A DNA stretch of 24,344 nt from Octopus sinensis (taxonomy: Eukaryota): contig NW_021836450.1 of assembly GCF_006345805.1 (NCBI RefSeq), positions 1 through 24,344 on the forward strand, read 5' to 3'. The notes beneath the pieces are model-generated. The model was not told the origin of the DNA and did not search any database. It saw only the letters and a program-made list of their open reading frames with translations. The translations under genes and the position numbers were made by a program. Each line of letters opens with the position of its first letter. Within the stretch, counting starts at the first letter, position 1. Of this stretch, positions 10,606 to 21,205 are shown one piece after another.

Positions 10606-11504
10606 ATTATCATCACCGCCTTAGCGAAGGTGGAGGCATTGTTCAGTCGTGTTCGCTTGTTTGTCCGTGGACAATATATCTCAAGAACCACTGGATGGAT
10701 TCGAATGAAACTTTCAGAGATGTCTGGCCTCGTGACTGGCACGAACTGATTAGATTTTGGGATCGATCTGTCACCGGACAAGGATTCTGGAATATTTTTC
10801 CGATTTTTTTTTTTACTTAATTTTTGAGAGCGGCCGGGTTCATTTTTAGTATTGTCATTTGTGAGAGCAGTCGAGTTTATTTAAGACTGGCAGCATAGCC
10901 CGGCGTTGCCCGGGTATGTAAGAGCCTCTAGTAGGCAACGACTAATCTCAAGCTAGTCCTTTCCCTCTAATTTCCTGCCAATTTGTGAAAGATATTGTCG
11001 AAAATATGTCATCTTGAATTTGAACGCGATTTCCCAAAATGGCATGATTTTATCGATTTTTTCTGATGGTAAGGTATTTCATGGAAAACTAACGTTAGAA
11101 TTAAGTTTCTTAGGGTAACATTAAGCTTCACCATGAGTTTGGTGAAAAACGATTGCAAGTTGCGAAAACTACAACAGAAAATGTGTTGCATATAAAAAGC
11201 TTAGATTCTCGACCCCATGTCGAATTTATCGATTATTTTCAGAACTGGGGTAACCTTTCAAAATTTTCGCTGCGTTAGTTTTGAATTATGACATTGGGCT
11301 ATGTGTGTGTCAAGTTTCATCAGAATCGGTTGAAAGCCGTGGTCAGGGTGAGGGTACAACCTGACAGACACACAGACACACAGACAGACAAACTGCCGTT
11401 TATATATAGAGAGATATTCTAATTTTAATAATCATCTCTGGCTAATCGTTGAGAGGACGTTGGTGTTGCCTTGGCGGAGGTTTGCGCTCTCTGAGTGCTC
11501 CTGT
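10606..11504 (+). mobile_element. Non-autonomous Helentron/Helitron2-associated element (HINE/DINE-like), interrupted by a nested Helitron
   Basis: 5' subterminal hairpin CCGCCTT-AGCG-AAGGTGG (10616-10633) followed by TTCAGTCGTGTTCGCTTGTTTGTCCGT; 3' subterminal repeat CCTTGGCGGAGG (11469-11480) and stem-loop GCGCTC-TCT-GAGTGC (11484-11498). This is the known HINE architecture. Confidence 0.75.
10887..11414 (-). mobile_element. Non-autonomous canonical Helitron (528 bp)
   Basis: On the minus strand it starts A|TC (11414) and ends CCAG|T (variant of CTAG, 10887). GC hairpin CCCGG-N6-CCGGG at 10899-10914 lies 12 nt from the 3' end. Removing it restores an AT target (TTAAGA|TATTCT) with no TSD. 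Confidence 0.8.
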
Positions 11505-12739
11505 TGCTATTGTTTTTACTTTCATATTATACATCCCGTTTATTTCCTTTGTAAGACCTCTTTATTTAGTATGAAAAGAAATGAATAACAGAAGTATTGT
11601 TCTCTTCCTCTCTGTTTCGCTTTTGAGCGTTGTTTCGGTCAGAAGGGATCAAGATGTTTATTAGTGAACGAAGCTTTTCGTTCCGTTCAATGAAAGGAAT
11701 TCAATTCCTTGTAGAATCTCACTTGAAGAGATTCTAAACTCGAAGTAATTAAAAGCTTCGGTCAAGTGTTTAGTTTGAAGTCAAGCAGATATAATTGGAA
11801 GCATTTCATATTCTTCTTTATCTTGCTGTTGCTCCGCTACATGCGATTATTTCCATTATTCTTCATAATATATTTATCGTTATGAAACTTATATAACAAC
11901 AGCAAATAATGATTATCATTACTGTTGTTATTGTTATTGACGGACGATATTTTTCAAATGTTTTCATATTCTAGGTGGAACGGCAGGGAATAATTTTGTT
12001 ATTAGATTATTTTCATGCATACGGGTCTTGAAAGTTCTGGGCGTCTACTCGCATGTATCTATGTGCCTACACGGAATACTCGACTTGACAAAAATCCTAA
12101 AATTGAACATAAATCAAAAAGACAACAATTATTAATACATTAAAAAACTCTCATATTTTATAAGTCGTGCTATTTCCATAGGTAATCCCATTAATGTGAA
12201 CAATTTCAACGCCACGTTTGAAAACCAAGGCAAGAGCAGCAATTGCAAAGCTCATACACATCCTGTCAACTGAAAATAATTCTGAAATGTTAATATTAGT
12301 GACAAAAATGGAATTCTATCCTCGATATATACTAAGGATAGAGACTAAAGTCTGGTGTAGGCTATCTAGCTGAAAGAACAAATTTCCGGGAGAATTCTTT
12401 TACCAAAACAAGTGAAACCTTCTCGCACGCGCCAAAAGGGAAGGAAATGATTTATTTGTGTATTTTGAAGGTGTCATAGAATTTAACTGTGCCTTAGAAA
12501 GAGCAGCTGAGGAGAAATCTGGCAAATAGATCTAACGGGATCTCTTCTGTGGTGCTTTCTTTCTACCTGTCTGACTGTCTGTCTCTTTCTCTACAACGTC
12601 ACCAGTTCTATTTCACAGGACGGTCAAACATATTCCTAGTCCTTGGTGCTGGTGACTGATGATGAACAGGGGGCAGAGGATCCTTCGTCTTGCGATGATA
12701 GGATATGTATGGTGGCTGAGGAGAGGTGACGAAATGTTG

Positions 12740-12995
12740 CTGATGTCAAAAGCAGGAAAAAGAATGTGGATGAACGCAAATCAAACGTATCGACGTCACA
12801 CGAGGAAGAATTCACTTCGCTTTTACACGAGAAACAATCTACCTTCCTTTTAAATGGCGTGGAATACAAGGCTGTTCAGGTGTTCACACTACAACTGATC
12901 TCCTGATGGATCTGCTGAATATGTACCATACAGATGATGTGCTGACAGGGGAGAACCAGGAGCAGAAACTGGCCAAAACGGTTAGATGTCCTCAT
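12740..12995 (+). pseudogene. Possible heavily decayed PIF/Harbinger transposase N-terminal fragment
   Basis: Across frames: (R)KRMWM...RR, EEFTSLLHE, TDLLMDLL, EQKLAKTVR, in the order of Harbinger RxWV..RR..GEF..L..EL..FD.LL..EQKLAxTLR. It needs two frameshifts and the evidence is motif-level only. Confidence 0.3.
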
Positions 12996-13587
12996 CCGAC
13001 CTGAAACTGGATGACCCAACAACATTTATTTTAATCTTTTCTTGTTTGAATTATTGTGTATATACTTGAAGCGTTTACCAATTCAGTGACATAAACTAAA
13101 ACCCTGTTTCGTTATCACTTTGTAATATATTTTGGTAAGATCGTGAGTGCAAAAGTGGTCAAAAATTATATGTGGTCAAGAGACGTTAGTATGGACTAGT
13201 GATACCCAAATGCCGAAGGGTAATTTCGGAGCTACGTTAATAATGTTCGCAAAAAAAAGTAATGTCATTGTTTTCACAGGGAAAACAGTTGCTTGTTACA
13301 TTCGTGGTAAAATGAACCAAAGGTGGCCTGAGAAACTAAGCAGTGAGAAGAATGAGAGAGCAAGAGTGAGATACTGAAAGAGAGTGTGTGAGAGAGAGAG
13401 AGAGAGAGGGTAGAGAGAAAGAAGAAGAGAAGAGAGAAAAAGGGAGGTGAACAGAGCAGAACTATTCTGTGGTGTATCTTGTTTTAAGCAGACCATTACA
13501 GTCTGAGCAAAAGTTAATGCTATCTGCCTTGAGGAACGAGATTTCGAAAAAGAATATGAGAAAGGCTTATTATCTTTATTATTTATT

Positions 13588-14077
13588 GTCTTTGCACAGC
13601 TTCGAACCCTGGAGATGTACTACGGTGCCAGCTGTTCACTTCTAGTGAACTAAGGTAACACCACTTATTTTTCAAGCACCACCCAGAGTTTTCGAGCGGT
13701 TCCAAGCAGTGCTGTTTTCTGTAAGTGCTTCACTCTTATTGCGGCCCCTATTTGTTCCATGTACTTCTCAAGATTTTTACCCACTGTTCCCAGGGCTCCG
13801 ACAATTATTGGTAATACTACCACCTTTGTCAGCGATTACAACAGCTTAACCTCCCAAGCTAACCTGTCATATCTTTCGACTTTTCTTTCTTCCTTATCGC
13901 ATACCATGTTGTCAGCTGGGCATGCTATGTCTATGATCCAGCATTGTTTGCTTTCTTTCTCAATTAAGACTATGTCTGGTTTCCTATTCTCAATCTCATG
14001 GTCGTACTGAATCATAAAATCCCATAGGATCTTCGCATTATCATTTTCGATGATGTCTTCGAGTTTATGTTCGCACC
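13588..14077 (-). mobile_element. 5'-truncated R4/Dong-type non-LTR retrotransposon (RLE domain plus 3' UTR)
   Basis: The 3' end is followed by an AAT-rich tail (13567-13587). The truncated 5' end abuts (TAA)n (14078-14150 on the + strand as ATT). Confidence 0.88.
13665..14075 (-). pseudogene. Restriction-like (PD-(D/E)xK) endonuclease domain of an R4/Dong-type LINE, with one premature stop
   Basis: A single frame gives CEHKLEDIIENDNAKILWDFMIQYDHEIENRKPDIVLIEKESKQCWIIDIACPADNMVCDKEERKVERYDRLAWEVKLL*SLTKVVVLPIIVGALGTVGKNLEKYMEQIGAAIRVKHLQKTALLGTARKLWVVLEK*. RKPDIV...IIDIACP and PIIVGALG are RLE hallmarks. The stop is at 13836-13838. Confidence 0.9.
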
Positions 14078-14087
14078 ATTATTATTA

Positions 14088-14144
<57 letters not shown>

Positions 14145-14188
14145 TATTATGACAGACCTATGACGTATTTAGAAGGAATTTGAAGTGT

Positions 14189-14393
14189 AAGGCAACGAGC
14201 TGGCAGAATCGTTTGCACCCGGGGAAAATTCTTGGTGGCATTTCGTTCGTCTGCACGTTCTGAGTTCAATTAAGGTCGAGCTAGCTTTTCGTCCCTTTGT
14301 GGTCAATAAAATAAACACCAGCTGCATAAATGCGTCTGTACTTCCTCCTAAATTGCTGGCCTAATACCAAAATTCGAAACCATTATTGTTATT
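14189..14393 (+). mobile_element. tRNA-derived SINE family A, copy 1, (ATT) tail
   Basis: A-box-like TGGCAGAATCG 14201-14211 and B-box-like GAGTTCAATT 14262-14271; homologous to the copies at 14579 and 21206. Confidence 0.8.
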
Positions 14394-14418
14394 AAAGACA
14401 GTGAGCTGGTAGGAATTA

Positions 14419-14430
14419 TTGTTGTTGTAG

Positions 14431-14462
<32 letters not shown>

Positions 14463-14492
14463 CTTTTTCTTCCTCTTCTTCTTCTTCTTCTT

Positions 14493-14562
<70 letters not shown>

Positions 14563-14575
14563 TATTATTATTATA
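14419..14575. repeat. Compound trinucleotide microsatellite (GTT)n-(CTT)n-(ATT)n
   Basis: Read directly. Confidence 0.97.
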
Positions 14576-14578
14576 ATT

Positions 14579-14810
14579 AAGGCGGCTAAATGGCAGCATT
14601 TTCGGCGCGTCAGGCAAAGTACATAGCAGAATGTCTCTGAGCTTTTTCCCTTCTGAATAAGAATACCATCGCGGTCAATTCCGCCTTTTATCCTTTCAAG
14701 GTCGATAAAATAAGTATCTGTCAAGTTCTGGAGCTGATGTAATGGACTTGACCCCCCATCCCTCAAACTTTCTGGCTTGCTACCAAAATTAGAAAGTATT
14801 ACTATTATTA
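14579..14810 (+). mobile_element. SINE family A, copy 2 (diverged)
   Basis: AAGGCGGC head, GGTCGATAAAATAAGTA core, GATGTAATGGACT and CCAAAATT.GAAA plus ATT tail are shared with the other copies. Confidence 0.75.
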
Positions 14811-15621
14811 TCTGTAGTCGCATTTTGTCCTTCTGCAGTCATTTTTCCTCAATCTTCTGGCATACCATCTCATTAACTTCCCATTTATTTATTTGCTTGC
14901 TCAAATTTCTTTAGAAATTCTTTTACTTTTCCTCATTTCTAAAAATTTTTGTTTACTCTCTTTCAATTTTTCTTGTTTCTCTTCTTCATTCATCCATTCA
15001 TTCATTTATTCATTCTTTCTTTCTCTCGTTTGTTTTCTTCTCTTTTCTCTCATTTGATAAGTTGAAGATTTATTAGAATTTAAAAAAAAAATCTTTCCTA
15101 AATCGATTTTCTTTTCTATAATTGTTGGTTACGTAATTTTTCGGAAAGACACGCGTTTTCTCTTTTTCTTATCGTTGCTGGTGGTGGTAGTAGTATTGTT
15201 GTTGCTGTTGCTTCCAGCAATGGCGTGGTTGGCGACTGATAAATATTATGGTTTTGACATATCGGAAACGACTGGGCTTCGAGAGTTCTGATGTCATTTA
15301 TAATTCACCAAGCATTGTTTCGGTGATTGAGAAAGAAAAGGAAAAAAATATTCACAAATTTCGATAGCAACAAAACGAATTACAATGGCCAAAGGCATAC
15401 AATGTCGTCTATCTTCTTTTTTTTTACCAAACATTTTTGTTAAATTCTCGTCTACCGATTGGAGCTTGGTGTGCCCGTAGCAAGGCGGTCGACATAATGT
15501 GCATCTTGTAGCGCGGAAGATGATCACAGTGGTGGATAATATAACTGCTTTATTTGTGGTTAAGACGTGTTGATAAATGTAATGGTACAACAATGGTTGT
15601 TGCAGAGTGAAGTTTTCTTGA

Positions 15622-16020
15622 TTTGTGTAGTAGTAGTAGTAGTAGCAGCAGTGGTGTACTAGTATTTGCGGTGGTGCGCTGACAATTACACACGTTTATT
15701 ACAAATGCAGTGATATATTTATCTTACATTGTTGTTAGGAAGATAACTGCGGTGGTATAGTGATGGTTATGGTGGGCTGATTGTGTGGAAGAGGTTCAGT
15801 GTTGTGCAGTGATGTGGTGGTGGCGATCGTTGTATGATAGTCCTTATAGTGTTATGACAGCTGCTGATGTATAGCAATGGCTACACTAGTATGACTACTT
15901 GGTAGTAGTTAAAGCGTCGAGAAGACAACTGGAGTTGTGTAGTGATTGAGAATATAAAGTGCCAGAAGTTAGAATTTTATTAAAACAGCTATACTGGTAT
16001 AAGGGTGAGTATACTGGTTT
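15622..16020 (+). repeat. ~400-bp G/T-skewed dispersed repeat, copy 2
   Basis: Colinear with 5570-5971. Confidence 0.92.
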
Positions 16021-16087
16021 GGTGGCGTGTATATCCTTACACTGTCATGTTGCCAATTGCAGTAGTGCACTAATGTCCGTAGTGAAT

Positions 16088-16381
16088 GTGCATGTTCTAG
16101 TGGTTAAAGTGTTGCTGTCACAATCGCAAGGTCGTGGTTTTGATTCCCAGTCCAGGTGAGGTGTTATGTTCTTGACCACAACACTTCTTTTCTTAACTTC
16201 TCTGTGATCACTTCGACATCTGACGTGTGGAATACCGTATACCTACACAGGCAACGTCAATTAGGCAGAGAAGGTGAGCTAATGTAGAGTACAAACATTT
16301 GATCACTATATACAGATCATCTATGCAGGTTGTTCAACACGAAACTCCAAAACATTCTTCTGTCGTCAGACAAGAAAGTCC
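16088..16381 (+). mobile_element. Diverged tRNA-derived SINE sharing the head and central block of 9342 but with a different 3' body
   Basis: TAGTGGTTA...ATCGCAAGGTCGTGGTTTGATTCCC and GTGTTATGTTCTTGA..A..ACACTT align with 9351-9450. The sequences downstream are unrelated. Confidence 0.7.
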
Positions 16382-16512
16382 ACAATTAATCGCAGTAGAG
16401 GTGTGATAGTTACCGTAATTTGAGACAAATGTAGTGATTCAATGGTTGACCTATAATCAAGAGCACCCCAGTCGTGACTACCCCACACTATTTAAGATGC
16501 AGTATTCTCCTT

Positions 16513-16596
16513 AAAGCATTGCAAAAACTATTGTATTTGGTGAGATGATTGCTAAAAGCATTGTACGAGCTATTGCATTTGGTGGGATAACTACTA
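16513..16596. repeat. Diverged 42-bp tandem duplication
   Basis: AAAGCATTG...CTATTG(t/c)ATTTGGTG(a/g)GAT(g/a)A..(g/a)CTA occurs twice (16513, 16555). Confidence 0.75.
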
Positions 16597-16908
16597 TTTT
16601 GTAGAGGATATATCACACGAAGCGACCACATAAAAGGTCCGTAATTTTGTCAAATGCTTCGTTTGCATGAGATAAGTTGTCATCTGAATCTGTGTCTCTA
16701 AATGCACGTGCCCTTATTCTAAATTTATACATACACTTACCCTCCATTTGTATGTCTATTAACTCAACTGTTCTCAGTATTTATATCCACATAATCGTAT
16801 CCTCAGTAATATCCCCATGTACTCAGTATAAATACATACATACATACATACATACATACACACACACAAACGCACACACACACAAACACACACACACACA
16901 CACTCACA

Positions 16909-16953
<45 letters not shown>

Positions 16954-17581
16954 TATAATACATTAAAAATGAGCTTGAATCATGCTTGCTTACTTGCTTG
17001 CAATGTTACCCAGCCAAAGTTACGAATAATGAGAAAATACTATGAATTAAGCCGTCCCTGAAATGTGAATACGAACGGAATTAAACAAATTTCGCGTAAA
17101 TCGTACTACTGATTATTGAGAAATTAGGGGTTTTCGGGGCATAAATACCCAAAACGGCGCTTGATGGGAAAATTCTCCGAAAATAAATTAACCCTCAAAG
17201 AGAAGAAACACTTACCTTTCGATTAGACTTGACAACGAAAAATACGATTTGTTTTTTGACAGTAAATGTTTCTATTTCTGCTTTTGTTAAACTCAATATT
17301 CTAATCCTTTAGAAAGATTTTTGAGTGAATGTGATTTCAAAAATCTAAGTTGTTTGTACAGTATTTATATTTTAGCTTTCTCTAAACAAACAATATTTTA
17401 ACATTGTTAAAAATTATTTTCAAGTGAATACCATTAGAAAATTCTTTTGAGCGTATTCTGAAAGTGAGAATGACTTTAAAAATACGGAAAATATTTCGTA
17501 AAAGACTCGTTCGTAATATCAGTGTGAAATAATTTTTTGTCATAGATTTCTTTTCGAGTGTATTAAACGTGTCTCAGCTCC

Positions 17582-17700
17582 AAATATTTGGCTGCTATTT
17601 CTAGTCCGTACTGCTACCACGTATCAGCTATTTGCGATAAAGAACCTGAAATACTTGTTACCTGGTAGCAGGGCGTGCAAGCAATAGCAGCCAAGTATTT
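17582..17700. repeat. Short imperfect hairpin element (38-bp arms), MITE-like
   Basis: AAATATTTGGCTGCTATT...CTGCTACCA (17582-17619) pairs with TGGTAGCAG...AATAGCAGCCAAGTATTT (17663-17700). Confidence 0.7.
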
Positions 17701-18269
17701 CCTTTTCTGGGAAAAGGGGCTATCTACGCATGATATCGATGTCACATTTGTTGAAAGCAAGTGAAATAACCTGGAAAAGAAAAAAACCCACGAATCAAAA
17801 CTCCATTTCTGGGTGGCTCAGACTCTCCCAGTGATCCAACGGGTCACGGGCAGTCTAGTATGTATATATGTTTATGTATATATATATGTATGTGTGTGCA
17901 TATGTATATGTGTGTGTGTGTGTGTGAATATATATGTATATGTATATATATGTGTGTATGTATGCATATATATATATAAATTTATATATATATATATGCA
18001 CATATATATGTGCATACATATATTATCCGCATAAAATACGCACACACACACACAAGCACACATATACACACATACATTTACTTCGACGTTGTAATCAAAA
18101 TCAGAATTCACCACTTTATCGTCAAAACATTTAAATCAATATAAAGAGTTAACAGTGTTTTAAGAAAGAGTCCATTTAGTATTTAAACATTGACATCACA
18201 TAACCCGCGCACGTATAAACTTGTGAACATTTATATATGCACACTGCGTATTTTCAACCTCATGCGTAG

Positions 18270-18587
18270 GTGTATGTGTCTGTGTATGTTTATACATATA
18301 TGTTTGCAAACGCTCACACACTTATAAATATACATGCACACATACACAGATATATATGTATATATATATATAAATATATATATATGTGTGTGTGTGTACA
18401 CACATATATGTGTTTGTATGTATATATATATATATACGTATCATATAAATACATATATATGCCTGTTATATACTTATATAAATATGCATACGTAAGCATA
18501 AATACCTATATATGTATGCGCGGGTACAGATGTGCATATGCATATATATATTCGCATATGAGATACCCACTCCATATATATATATAC

Positions 18588-18662
<75 letters not shown>

Positions 18663-18711
18663 TATATATATATTTATTTATATATATACATATATATATA
18701 TATACATATAC

Positions 18712-18744
<33 letters not shown>

Positions 18745-18865
18745 CATACATACATATTTACACACACATGTTTGTATGTATGTGAATGTGTGTGTATGTG
18801 TGTGTGCGTGTGTGTACGTATATGTGTGTGTGTATTTATGTATACAAACATATAAATTTACATAT
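18270..18865. repeat. Long low-complexity TA/CA/TG microsatellite block
   Basis: Read directly. Similar blocks lie at 541-745, 3530-3660, 16825-16958, 17860-18075, 19420-19550, 21680-22200, 22575-22670 and 22980-23350. Confidence 0.95.
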
Positions 18866-19554
18866 ATGGGACTCTAAAACAAAACAACAATAATACGGAG
18901 CAAATGTCATCCATTTCTTAGCTGGGGGAAAAAATGGTGTCACGCATCAGCAGATAGAAATAACCATTATGATGCTTTAGAAGCGAAGAATATAAAAATT
19001 ATGAAAAATAAACAAAAACAAAATCCTTAATAGTAAACAGAAAACAAACAAAAAAAAAAATGTCCCAGATATGCGTGAGGTAAAATTGGATATCTGCATG
19101 CAGTATTTGACATTTGACATATCCCACGTCTTTAAATTTGTGTTTCAATAAACAAACGAACGATACAGTTATAAATTCAAAATAAAATGTCTTAGTGATA
19201 AATATTGACATGTTAATATTACAAACGCATTAGAGAAACGCATTTAAAAAAAAAATTCATACATGTGTGAGAATTTTATGTTTATTTATGCAATAAAGAC
19301 GTATATAAGTATACGTCTCCGCGTCCGCTGTGTGTGTATATCCGAACGTATGTTTTAAGTATGTATACATCAATGTACGCTTACTTAAAAGCCTATATGC
19401 ACATGCATGAAAATACCGTGTGTATGCGCATGCGTATGTGCGTGTGTGCGTGTGTGCGTGTATGCGAGTGTGTGTGTGTGTGGTGTGTGTGTGTGTGTGT
19501 GTGTGGTGTGTGTGTGAGTGTGTGAGTGTGTGTGTTCATACATATATGTATATA

Positions 19555-20135
19555 CCATGTGGAATCAAAAGAGTTTCCGGACTTTCACTGACAATTTTAG
19601 ACAACTTATATTTCCCTGTTATATAATTATTTTGTTATTATTTGTTATTCAGTCGTTGCCAAATTGTTTATTCTTTATTTTCAAATATAACACATAAACA
19701 TTAACTGTTTATTCTTTATTGTAAAGCTTCGATGAAGAGTCGTGAAAAATTGTAATTATAACCTTTTACGCTAACTGGGAAAATGGACCGAGTGCAAGGG
19801 CAGCGATAAAAGAAATTAATGATGTGGAAGCTCTAGGAACTGCCTACGAAAGTGCAGCACAAAATGAGTTCAGATGTTTCGAGGAAGGTGACATGAGTCT
19901 TGAAACAAACCTAGGTCACTGAGACCTTCAGTTGTGGAAATTGAGGTCTTGTTTGTAATGGTTGAAAACTCTCGTACATTATCGACAAATTACCATCAAT
20001 CTCCACTACTATAAGCTCAGCCTTGTGAACAGATGTGTCAAAAAGTTCCTCATGAATTGATCAATGACCAGGCTGAACGACGTGAAACATTTGCAAACAA
20101 CTGCAGCCAAATCTCCAAGATATCCGTCTTTGCTC
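19555..20135 (+). mobile_element. 5' half of a second, distinct mariner element (left TIR, 5' UTR, decayed HTH and linker coding region)
   Basis: TA at 19553-19554, then TIR-like CCATGTGGAATCAAAAGAGTTTCCGGACTT. ATG at 19732. Translation gives GPSARAAIKEINDVE..GT...FRCFEEGDMSLE (19887-19904), RPSVVE and KVPHELINDQAERR (20045-20083; WVPHEL motif). The catalytic half is absent. Confidence 0.82.
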
Positions 20136-20165
20136 CAGCATGGCCGCAGTCCAAAGACAAAAGAT
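20128..20165 (+). mobile_element. Short 3'-tail fragment of SINE family B, opposite in orientation to the adjacent full copy
   Basis: CCAGCATGGCCGCAGTC is the reverse complement of GACTGTGGCCATGCTGG near 20246-20262 (1 mismatch). Confidence 0.55.
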
Positions 20166-20209
20166 ACACACCCAAGTATGTCACCGCTTACAAAACACGT
20201 CCACCCCCA

Positions 20210-20612
20210 TTACTTCTTTTATCCATTACTTGTTTCAGTCATTAGACTGTGGCCATGCTGGTGCACCGTCTTGAATAATTTTAATCGAATGAATCGACGC
20301 CAAAGTTATTTTTTTTCTTTTACTTTAATCTCATACTTATTTTATCAGTCACTTTGCCGAACCGCTAGATTACGGGGACGTAAATGCACCAACATTGGTT
20401 GTCAAGCCGAGAGAGAAACACACACACACACACACACACACATGCATATATATGCGACGGGCTTCTTTCAGTTTTCGTCTACCAATTCTACTCACAAGTG
20501 TTTGGTCGGCTCAAGGCAATAGTAGAAGATAAATGCCCAAAGTGTCACGCAGTGGGATTGAACCCCGAACCATGTCATTGGGAAATAAGCTTCTTACCAC
20601 ACAGCCACGCCT
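20210..20612 (-). mobile_element. Full-length tRNA-derived SINE family B with internal (CA/TG)n
   Basis: Minus-strand A box TGGCTGTGTGG (20597-20607) and B box GGTTCAATCCC (20554-20564); 3' tail ...TGACTGAAACAAGTAA. Confidence 0.88.
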
Positions 20613-20809
20613 GTGTCTAAACAAAAGGTGTATGGGATAGTGCCAGTGGGTCTGGGTTTAAAAGAGTCAAGTAGATTCAGTTAAAACGAAGTAACCAAAC
20701 GGCTAACCCCGCACACATATATACTTTATTACACGATTATAATCGATAAGACCAAGACATCCGGATTTATCGCTTCACACTTCAAAGACCAGACGCACTT
20801 TCTTGCTGT

Positions 20810-21162
20810 TTCATTCCTAGTTTCAGTCATTGGACTGCGACCGTGCCAAGACACCACCTCAAAGCATGTATACGAAAAAGCCATCAAGTGCAATACTTAT
20901 ATATCTTTTAAAGTCTGGAACTTATGCTAACTTACAACGACATAAACAAACCAACACCGGTTGTCGAGCAGTGGTGGCGAGAAGACAAACATACACACAC
21001 ACACATCTATATGCATGTAGATAAATTGAACGGGCTTTCCACGCCAAATTACAGGCTTCCGTTTACCAAGGTATTGGTCGGTCCGTGGATGTTGTGGCAT
21101 GCGCAATGGAACTGAAACAGAAACCACGTGATTTTAAAGCGAGCTGCTTAAACACTCAGCAA
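20810..21162 (-). mobile_element. Old diverged copy of SINE family B
   Basis: Shares GTTTCAGTCATTGGACTGCG, CCAACACCGGTTGTCGAGCAGTGGTGG, ACGGGCTT and TTGGTCGG with 6364-6640 and 20210-20612. Confidence 0.7.
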
Positions 21163-21205
21163 TGTTTGCGCACATCACTCCCGTTTCTTAATAATTAGGG
21201 ACGAT

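Noticed and set aside
13759-14010. Plus-strand 83-aa ORF
   Set aside because: Antisense shadow of the RLE domain frame.
17209-17217. Perfect minus-strand donor AG|GTAAGT
   Set aside because: One 8-mer match is expected by chance in 24 kb on two strands, and there is no open upstream exon.
19297-19318. 9-bp perfect hairpin AGACGTATA/TATACGTCT (and similar at 1038-1087)
   Set aside because: Isolated and partly TA-derived, so compatible with chance.
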